Part shown: positions 53,682 to 64,000 of the stretch, piece after piece
Layout of the letters: each line of letters starts with the position of its first letter
How positions within the stretch are numbered: position 1 is the stretch's first letter
Origin: Octopus sinensis
Lineage: Eukaryota
DNA length: 64,000 bases
Assembly (NCBI RefSeq): GCF_006345805.1
Contig: NC_043020.1
Span: 17,174,001 to 17,238,000, forward strand
Reading direction: 5' to 3'
Notes under the pieces: model-generated
Database searches by the model: none
The model's input: only the letters and a program-made list of their open reading frames with translations
Told to the model about the DNA's origin: nothing
Translations under genes and position numbers: made by a program

Positions 53682-54973
53682 AAACATCTTCCACGCTGCA
53701 ATGGTTTATAAATATTGGGTTGAGAAATCCTTTGGTTGGGCTGCTTTTAACTTTTCCTACTCAAAGGGTTTTTTTTTTTTACTCTACATTTACATGCTTT
53801 GCAATCCACTGTTCCAAGCAAGAATTATTTCACATTCTCTTGAAGTTTATAAATTTCTGACATAAATATAAAAAAGTGTGGTGGTGGGGGATTTTTTCAG
53901 TATTATACTTTCCATTTTATGAAACCCAGGAATACTAAAGACACAAAGAAAAAAAAAAAATCTTTTCCTTTCCTTTGAGTTTTGAGGCTTTTAGAGACAA
54001 CTGTCCCGAAGCTCTGCACCTTTCCCGTACTCCATTTGTAAATGAATACCATCATACCTATGTTAGAAACTAACATATATAGTTTTTAGTTTTGATAAAA
54101 ATTCCCCTGAGAGGATTTTTAATGGCAGATCATAATTTACTATTACATGCTGTAAAATGCAATACTTATAGTTTTTTTTTCTTCTCAGGTAGGCTTTTCC
54201 ATTTATTTGTCCAGGATCATTAAAATAAACATCATTTAGTACCAGAGTCAAGTACTTAACTATAGCCCTTTGTGCCGATGTTAGAAATTATTATGTAATT
54301 CAAGAGTTCACGTTATATAATTTTGGTTGTGTTTGTATCTCTATTCAATAACTTGGTTATATTTAATAATGTGAAGGCTGAAATGTAATTGAAATTAAGA
54401 TTTAAAAAATCGACAAACATACCGTGGAATCAAACCAGATAGAAACACTATTGAACTTTCCTACTTCTCAGAATTGTAAACTAATATTTAACCCTTTAGT
54501 GTTTAGATTACTTTGTCAAATGTAATACTTATTTATTCACATTGTTTTGAATTAATTGTGCCTTGTCTCATAACTTCAAAATTTTGATGATGTGATTATT
54601 TATCTTTACAATGACATTGTAGGATAAGCGTGAGAGACTGAATCTCATAAGTTCGAACATAAAACAAGGATAATATTCTGGCCAGATATGGCTGGTTTAA
54701 ACACTAAAGGGTTAAGGATGTTCTAGTAATTAACTATGATAGCAATAAGCTAAGAATAAAAATGTATTTACATGCTTAGAAAGTGATTATATATGATGGT
54801 GCATCTGGAAATATATTAACTAACATAAGAGTAGGACAGTTTGACCAGTCTAGTATTAATTTAGGTGATTGTTCATGCAGTAAGTGAAAATGTTCTTACA
54901 CTCTTTCAATTTCCTGTAATTCAGACCACCTCACGGTCTCAGCAGACAAAATAGAAAAGGCGTTACTCCAGAG

Positions 54974-55174
54974 CAGTGCTTTTCAACCTTTTTGCTGGAA
55001 CGGAACCCCAAGGAAACATTCCACTGGCTCGAGGAACCCCTGTGCAATAATTTAATAGTCTTATGCACACATATCTGCACAGAAGAATTTAAAATTATTG
55101 CCGATTTTAGCAGTTATGTAACTTCTTGCGGAACCCCTGGACTGTACTGGCGGAACCCTGGTTGAAATCCACTG
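54974..55174. mobile_element. hAT-type MITE
   Basis: TIRs CAGTGCTTTTCAACC/GGTTGAAATCCACTG; perfect 8 bp TSD CTCCAGAG. Confidence 0.9.
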
Positions 55175-55758
55175 CTCCAGAGAATAGCAAGGGAGATGTG
55201 TTGAGATTTATCTAGTTGCAGAATAGAAATCTTTCCAAATTAGTTTCTTGTTTTGTTTTTTGGTTTTTTTTTTCCAGTGGCCTTGAATGATACAAATACT
55301 CCTGGTTAGGTAAATTTTTAGAAGGATGTTGGATGGTTGTACACCACAGAATAAGTTCAATTTAATTTGTAAGGTTTAAAAAAAAAAAGTAAAAATTAAA
55401 AAGCAAAAAGTTGTGTATGCAGAGAAGTGTATCTGATTTTTAACTGAAATACCCAATAAAACAGTATTTTAAAAATTACAGAGATTTAGCTGAGTTGGCA
55501 CAAATTTAAGGTATACACTATGTAAGAATGTAGCATTTATTAAATTATTATAACAATAATACTGATCTTGACTGCTCTTCTTACTCAATTTACTTATATA
55601 CATACATATATATATATTCTACGATTTAATTTCATATATATTACACGATGAACACCTATAATAAAAAAAAAATCAACTATAAAAATATATAACTAAACCT
55701 TTGTCTGTTTTGAAGGGAAATTCTAAAATAGTTTTTACCATTTCCTATTCATAAACAG

Positions 55759-55965
55759 AATGATGAGGTTAGAAAATCTAGACGTCACAAAGAAAACCAG
55801 GATGAGACCACACAGAATCTAGATTTCGATAGCAATAGCAACACAAGCACTGGCGACGAAAGCATTGTGTACGGTCCGACAACACGGAAACAGTGGTCAG
55901 AATGGGTGTCAAAGCCTGCGAAACAAAATAGAGAACAAAATGCAGACCAGGAGAATATTCCAGAG
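55759..55965 (+). CDS. DOT1L: Probable next DOT1L coding exon (NDEVRKSRRHKENQ...LDFDSNSN...GPTTRKQWSEWV...ENIPE)
   Basis: aaacag acceptor, gtaagc donor, 207 nt open in phase 0/0 and compatible with the preceding exon; GC-richer coding-like island; TTRKxWSEW resembles my recollection of the invertebrate DOT1L linker. Less conserved than the other exons. Confidence 0.8.
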
Positions 55966-56715
55966 GTAAGCTGTGGTCTATCTGAATTGGTCAATCCAAC
56001 AGACTTCCAATTTGATCCACTTTAGCTCTGTTTGAATATTACTGCTACTGAACCATGTCACTCTATTTGGTCAGGTTTTCTCATTTTCTTAAGTTCTATA
56101 TGAAAAAAAAAAAAATTAAAATAACAACAAAAAAAAAAGAAACAAAAAAATCTCCTCAATCTATTCTACATAAGAGAATTTCATTTGATGTATTTAATGG
56201 TGTAATAGTGTGTGTATGTATGTGTGTGTGTGTGTGTGATTAGTGAAAGAGAATGCAAGAAGAGAGGGAGAGCAACTTCTGGAGAAAATTATTTTGTTCG
56301 GTAGAACAGAATTTTATGAGGGGCAAATTTTGGCCTGTTTGATACTGCTGACATCTGTTATTGGCAGTATCTCCACTTGGCACAATCACCAATTGCAGTG
56401 AGTAACAGGTAGCTGTATAGTGGAATGATTCATTCGGCTGTTTTGTCAGGAAAGACCATCTCCATCAAAACCGATGAGGATGATCTGTTGGTGGATGATT
56501 TGCAATTAGGAAAACCTCTCACGAGTGGCTCAGTTTATCACACTTGCATGAAATATGGATTGACTGACTCTTAATAACACTAAGTAGAATTATTTTTTGT
56601 GTCATTAACAGTGTGTAATTCTGTGTTTTAGGATTGAAATGCTCTTGTTTTTGTCCTAGAATCTATGAAACGACTGTCAGCCGATGCATGGTATCAAAGT
56701 TGTAGCAAGCACACG

Positions 56716-56758
<43 letters not shown>

Positions 56759-57464
56759 GTATCCTGTAGGGAAACCTGGCAATTCTTAAAATGATAGTAA
56801 TCTCACTTACAGGGATGGTGTGTCTGTGTGTCATAGGGGCACTTGTTCAGTGGTATTAAGTGGCTCTTGCAACATTATTATATTTTCCAGCATTACAAGT
56901 TGAGAGTATATAGTGTAAACATTCAGATACCTACTATCTTTCCAAATCCTCTTGCATTTCACATGGAATGTTTTGGCCCTCCAAATTCCGTCTTGGTGTA
57001 TAAATCAACCTACGTTTTTTGGCTGAAAAATTCAACTTGTGAGCTGGAAAATATGGTATTTTAGTAGCTATGAAACAGTGAATCACAATTCTTTTCTTTT
57101 AAATGGTGACTTCATTAGTGAAACGTGGTGAAATGAAATAGTCATTTGCATTTTAATGTGAGCCCTCTTGCTAAGTGTTTAGTAGAATATGATTTTGTTA
57201 GGGGTAACAGAAAAAGAATAATAATAAAAAGTTTTCTTGTTCAGCATACTAAAAGAAAAAAAAAAACACCACCATCCAGAGGTGTGCCAGCTACCTAAAT
57301 ACCAGGCAACATTTTAAGCCTTTAGCGTTCAAGTTACTCTCTTAAATGTAGCATTTATTCACATTACTTTGAATTAATTCTGCATTATCTCATACCTATG
57401 AGATTTCAACAATGTGGTTGTTTATCTTGAGAGTGACATTGTAGGATAGGTGTTAAGTTTAGTT

Positions 57465-57690
57465 AATTTTTTGGCTCAAGAAGCAAAAAGCAAGGCCATG
57501 TAGGGGGACATGGAGTTATGTACAGGGAGGGTGTTCATGCAAAGAGTTCAGGCCATTTCTGGTCAAGAGAGACTTTGAACCGAGCGGTCGTCGGCATCTT
57601 CACTATCTCGTCCGGCAGCTTATTCCACGGATCCTCAACCCGGATGGAGAAAGCCCCTCTCCTTCGATTGAGATGAAATCGTTGCAGACG
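57465..57690 (-). mobile_element. CR1-type LINE 3' fragment (second family) nested in a piggyBac MITE
   Basis: RLQRFHLNRRRGAFSIRVEDPWNKLPDEIVKMPTTARFKVSLD on the minus strand; MITE halves on either side. Confidence 0.8.
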
Positions 57691-58980
57691 GCCAGATCTA
57701 GCCAGTGTGAACATAAAACATCTAGCATATTTGAGCAGGTTGGTTTAAATGCTAAAGGGTCAAGGCTGTTAGGTAGACTGTGATGAACAACCATCATCAA
57801 TCAGCATCAAGATCTGGTGCTGCATTGGATATTTCAGATCACAGTTTCTAAAGGATGTTGTGCATTGATTTAAATTTTCATCCTTATAAGATTTTGATTG
57901 TGCTTACAATGAACCACTGCCACTGAGAAAGCTGGAAAACATTTGCAGAAAACATGCTTGCATGGAGACATATAACAGGGTTTTTTTTTAGGAATGATGA
58001 AACCCATGCCATCTTCTATCTGTTTGTATAAATAAGTAAAGCTTGCATTGTTTATCATTCAGCTGAGTGACACCTGTATTTCTTAGAAGAGGGCCCAACA
58101 TGCAATAAGAGTGATTTCTAACTGCTGTGTGTTCACATTATGCAACTTCCTTAAATTGAATTGACTTAGCATTATTAATACACACATATTTTTTCAACTT
58201 GATTGAACAACTCTCCATACAGTAAGAGTTTCATCCTCCTCATCATCATCATTAACATTTAACATCCGATTTTTATGCTGGCTTGAGTTGAACAGCTTGT
58301 CAGGAACTGGCAAGGCCAGGGGCCATGCCAAGTTCCATAGTCTGTTTTTGTCTTGATGGATATCTACAGCTCGATGCCCTTCCTGACACCAACCACTTTA
58401 CAGTGTACAGGGTGCTTTTTAACGTGCACCGTCAACAGTGCTTTTTATATGGAACCAGCACCCACACCAAAGCTTTTTATGTGACACCTTGGTTTCAGGA
58501 TATCAATTCTGTTGTGGTGGGTGGGTCTTCTCAAGTACATCAATGCACCACATATCTTGGTTCTTGACATTATTAAAAGAATGTTTACTGAATGCTTCTC
58601 AGTGCAGTGATATACCATGGTCTGCCCAGATACCTGTTTGGTTATTCAAGTGTATGGTTATTTCCTTGTTAGGTGGGGGTAGAGTGAGCTACCTCTAAAG
58701 GAAAGTGCCTGCACCTATTAGATGAACTGAAAGCTACTATTTGTCAGAAAACTTTGGCATTACCGTAAGACATGGTGCTGTATGCAATGCAGAACTTGTA
58801 GGCTAGGCTGCATGTAAGTGTGCAATGTGGAACATTTGGATAGCATTATTTTTTAAGATTAAAGGTAGTTACTTTGTGTTACTTATATGTATATTAGTGG
58901 TACACATTGGTCTGTAAATATCCTACATTTGCCAACAATGTATTCATACAAAAATCATCAGCTTCTTATGCTGAACTCTG

Positions 58981-59033
<53 letters not shown>

Positions 59034-61760
59034 ACTAATGCGCACACACGTGCACAAACCATGTATGCATTAATGTGGTTATGGGGTTAAGAAGTTTGTA
59101 TCACAACTTTGTGGTTTCTGGTTCAACTCTTTCGCATGGCACATTGGGCAAGTATCTTTTACTGATAGTCTTGGACTAACCAGTGCCTTGTGAGTGAATT
59201 TAATAGATGGGAACTCTACAAAGCCCATCATATGAATTGTGTGTTTGTTTACGTTTGTGCTTCTCTGAAAAATGCTGAGCTACAAGCAGTGATGTTGTTA
59301 TTTCCTTTGTCAGTAGCTTGTCTCTTGGCTCTATGCTTTTGAAGAAGTCCGAAGCAAGAAATCCTTTACTTAAAAATCATGTAAGGGTCAGTGACAGGGA
59401 GGGCAATGCCTCAATAATGTATATTCATCTAACTCATGCTAGTGTGGGAAAACATGTAAAAACAATGTGCAAGTATATTGTTTATCTTTAACTTGTTCAA
59501 GTCATTATACTGCAACCAAGCTGGAACACTACCAAGTTACAAGGCCGTAAATAAACCAACACCACTTGTCAAGCAGTGGTGGGGGCTAGTACAACACAAA
59601 CACAAAGACACATACACATAAATGTGTGTGTGTGTGTGATCATCATCATACTTTAATGTCTGTTTTCACTGTTAGTATATGTTGGGCGGTGTGACAAGAG
59701 GTTGCAAGCTAGAGAGCTGCACCAGGTTCCAATCTAATTTGACTTGGTTTCTACAGCTGGATGCCCTTCCTAATGCAAATCCACTTTACAGTGTGTGCTG
59801 TCGATGATGAATGGCTTTGGTTGGCTCAGGGTATAATAGAAGACACTTACTCAAGGTGCCACACAATAGCACTGAAAAAATGCTCTTTATATATATATAT
59901 GTGTGTGTGTGTGTGTATGTATATATTCTTTTACTTGTTTCAGTCGTTTAACTGTGGCCATGCTGGAGTACCGCCTTTAGTCGAGCAAATCGACCCTGGG
60001 ACTTATTCTTTGTAAGCACAGTACTTATTCTATCGGTCTCTTTTGCCGAACCGCTAAGTGACGGGGACGTAAACACACCAGCATCGATTTTCAAGCAATG
60101 CTAGGGGGACAAACACAGACACACAAACACACATACACATACATATATATATATATACATATATACGACAGGCTTCTTTCAGTTTCCGTCTACCAAATCC
60201 ACTCACAAGGCATTGGTCGGCCCAGGGCTATAGCAGAAGACACTTGCCCAAGATGCCACGCAGTGGGACTGAACCCGGAGCCATGTGGTTGGTTAGCAAG
60301 CTACTTACCACACAGCCACTCCTGAGCCTATCTAAACCTATATAAACCTTCTTCTTGCTAGTGGGTTAGAAAAAAATATTATCATTCTAATCTTTTAATA
60401 GTATTTAATAAAACTAATATGTAAGTATTTCAGCAAAGTAGTTGAATATGTAGCTTTTTTTTTGTCTTTGCAAATAAGACTAAGGAATGCAGATAATTAT
60501 CCGAAGGTGTGTGTATGTGTGTGGTTTCATTCTTCTTAAAAGAAATCATCAAAACATTTTAGTATCATCTGTAAAAATGCTTTACTTAAAAAATTTATTT
60601 TATTTAATTTTTTTTATAATTATGGATGAATGAGTTGTATAAAGTTATATTATATTCTGATGTTAAAATGAAATATATAACATACACACATCTGTACATT
60701 TGTATAAAACCTATACATCTGTATATATCCCTTTGTGCATTCATATACATGCCTTAAAATCTATACACATCTTGTATCTTTATACACCATCTATACATAT
60801 GCCTGTACGTCAACACTAAATGTTTCAGCTACTGTGCTGTAGAAGACTTGTGTGTCACTTATGGCCTGCTGGTGTTGCCACATGTCAGAAAACGTTAGAA
60901 TAGTTAGAAAACTTGCATGTTTTTAATGTACTGCTCTGTTGCATGTGTATTCCTTTGCAGTAATGTGCAATGCATGTATTTATCTGTTTTAAAATAATTT
61001 TAATATTTTTTCCCCCATTATATGTAATAGAAACTGTATTGAATTAAAACAGCCACCTTTGTAGCATACTTAATGTAAATACATAGTTAAAAGGCAAATT
61101 TACTGTGGTACTCATTCAGAGATAACATCTCTTGTGGACGTGCTGCTGTATTTAATAAAAGCATGATATATATTAGCAACAGGTACAAAAAAAAAAATGT
61201 CCTGGCAGTGGCTAACAAGAATGCGAAATGCATTTTGGCTTTGCTGGGCCTTGTCAATGGCTTGTACTTATGCCATATGCTTAGATGATGGAGTGGTGGT
61301 GGTCCACAAAATATACTTTCTAGAAAGCCAAGTGTTCCATAACCATTTCAGTACAATATTTACTGGAGATGAAATCAATAAATTACTGTCACATTCCCCA
61401 GGGAAGGTTTAAAAATAAAAACAGCTTCAGATAATTAAAAAAAAAAAATCTAGGGGTAAAAACATAGAAAACCATTGCTCACATTGTTTTATTAATAATA
61501 TTTGTGTGTAAGAAAATTATAGGTGACATTTTACACATTGCTTGGGTATCAGGATGGATTTTCTAAGCCCTTAAATTACAATTTTTTAAAAATCTGTAGT
61601 GCACTTATATGTTCATTGTGGCTCACTTTTTGAAAACTTCTGACTTATGTACAAGCGTGTACATCCACACCCTGTGGGTACATGTATATGCATGGTTGCA
61701 CATCTCTAAGCATGACCATACATTTTGTTCATCTATATACATGCCTGTGCATACTTGTAC

Positions 61761-61818
<58 letters not shown>

Positions 61819-64000
61819 CACACCTGTACATGCATTCACATGCTTCTGCATCTATACAAAACCTATTTTTCTTCTATACAGCACATCTCAGTATCTGTAT
61901 ACAAATTTCTATATCTATACATACTCATATGTCAATGCATAGACCTCACACATATACAGCTATGGTTTAATGATATGATTAATTTGAAAGAAAGTAGTAG
62001 TTGATTAAAGAATAACTTTTTAAAACTCTTTCATAAATGTCAACATATTGAAGCTTGATTGTTGTTCTAACTGAAGGTGTTATGTTAGATCTCATCATCA
62101 TACGTCTGTTTTTCCATGCTGGCATGAGTCGGATGGTTCAACAGGAGTCGGCCAGCTGAAGGGCTGCCCAGGCTCCGATTGTCTGTTTTGGCTTAGTTTC
62201 TACAGCTGGATGTCCTTCCTAACACCAACCACTTTACAGAGTGTACTGGGTACTTTCTACATGGGTGGTTTATACAGGGCACTGTCACAGGCACTTTTTA
62301 TGTGGCACCAACATGGGTGCTTGTTAAATGGTACTGGTACAGGTGCTTTTTACATGACACTGGCGCCGGTGCTTTATATGTAGACTTTTACATGTGGTAC
62401 CACATGGGTACACTGGTGTAGGTGCTTTGTGCATGGCACCAGCACAGGTGTTTTTTTTTACATAGCATTGGCATGGGTGCTTTTAATGTACTTTTTAGAT
62501 CTGTATGAAGAATAATTATAATTGATAATTTTTTAATTTGTGTCTATAAGTTATTGTATAACCCATTGACATGATCTTGTGTGTGGAAACTTAGCAATCA
62601 GTTGGGTCTCTCTCTCTCTCTCTCCTTTCTCACTGATTGTTTCCCACCATCCTTACATTTCTCTACACCCTTGGACATCAACAACCACAGAACTGCTACT
62701 ACCTAACTAGTTTTCCATCATCTATTCCATTGATCTGTTCACTACCCCTACACTAGTTTTCCCATAGATCTGTCTCTACCACCCATAGCAGTCTTCTGCC
62801 ATCTACTCCACAGATCTATCCATTACTCTAGAGTCCTAATGTGGTATCCACCTCCATCACTTCAGTTTCCTTTCATCCGTATCATAGAACTACACACCTC
62901 CAGTCACTACAATAGTTTTGTCTCAGTTCTATTGAGGGTTTATCTATAGCTGCTGCAAGTTCGGTGTTGTATTAAATTCAAATAACAAATTAGATAAACT
63001 ATCATAAATATTGAATTTTTTTCCCTTCTACTGTCTCTGCAATATCTATTACATTTCTATAATTAATATGGGATCTTGAAAATAATTAACTTGATTTATT
63101 ATTATTTTTAAATAATATAGTCTATTTCTGTATAAGGTGAGACATACAAATTCATATCATAGAGATTGTTTTATTAACATTGTTTGTGAGAAAAATGTCA
63201 TAAAACCCTTGCTGTCTTAGAATTCTATTTTATCTGAATGTTTTATCTTCAATAATTCCTGAGAATGTACCAATTGTACATAAACCTGGCACTTTACATA
63301 GTTTAGGGAATCTTGTAGGGCAATATTTACTGATGTTTCTTGAATGTGTTATACAATTTTATCATCTTCAGTAGCATTTTGTTTGTCTTTAGATTCTGAG
63401 GTCAACTTTGCCATTTGTCCTTTCATGGTTGATAAAATAAGGTGCCAGTCAAGTACTGGGGTTGATGTAATCAACATAGTCCTGCTTGTCAAAATTTAGT
63501 CCACATTTCTTTGTAAGGAGTATGTGGCCGGCTTCCCAGTTTCTCTGGCATATATATTCCTTCCTGGACAAGGCACCATTCTGTTGCAGGATTACTTATT
63601 TTTGCCAGTTAAGTGAACTGGAGCAACATGAAATGAAGTGTTTTGCTCAAGAACACAACACATCACTCGGTCCAGGAAACGAAACCACAATCTTACAATC
63701 ATGAGACCAATACCCTAACCACAAAGCTAGCCACCTCCATTCAGTGAGTGAGTAATAAGTTTTAAATGGTAGTGTCATGAAGAGACAAGAATACACACAC
63801 ACACACACCTGTTATGGTTCTTACTTGAGGCCAGTGAACAGCCAGTGTTGATTAAGTAATTAGTATTGTGGGGTGTTGTTTTTGTTTTTTTTTGCTCCAG
63901 GTCAGCTCTGATCATTTAGCTAAGTGATCAGAGATATTCCACTTGTGGCCATCCCAGTTATAATTATCATGTGAGGTGTTTAATCCATCCATTGAACTAG

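Larger units (their letters stand above)
53011..53705. repeat. Penelope-type inverted-repeat element (family of 24270-24557) interrupted by a SINE
   Basis: Left arm 53011-53140 is inverted against 53226-53294 plus 53692-53705. Confidence 0.8.

Noticed and set aside
62690-62900. Repeating ACTAGTTTT/AGATCT units that could suggest a regular repeat-spacer array
   Set aside because: Units are degenerate and irregular in length; this is a decayed minisatellite in eukaryotic DNA.

Overview
AT-rich, microsatellite-dense animal genomic DNA. The repeat landscape (RTE LINEs with (GAT)n tails, tRNA-derived SINEs, TA/CA arrays) looks like a coleoid cephalopod, most likely Octopus; this is an inference from recall. 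The ORF track misses the only host gene I can support: seven small + strand coding exons of DOT1L (histone H3K79 methyltransferase) at 1564-1626, 4089-4144, 6510-6558, 7463-7562, 10234-10340, 15361-15402 and 55759-55965. They have canonical AG/GT ends and compatible phases, and join into 208 codons covering the C-terminal half of the catalytic domain plus the start of the linker. The gene begins and ends outside the window and contains a 40.4 kb intron. The introns hold RTE and CR1 LINE fragments (one young 2.4 kb RTE with RT and a PHD-type finger), mariner/Tc1 relics, piggyBac- and hAT-type MITEs, SINEs, an antisense U1 snRNA retrocopy and a Penelope GIY-YIG relic. The most unusual signal is a set of related fold-back (Penelope-type) elements carrying minimal type I hammerhead-ribozyme folds whose core 3-8 base pair covaries (C-G, G-C, U-A). 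Two of these lie on the DOT1L sense strand. Ribozyme activity is untested inference.
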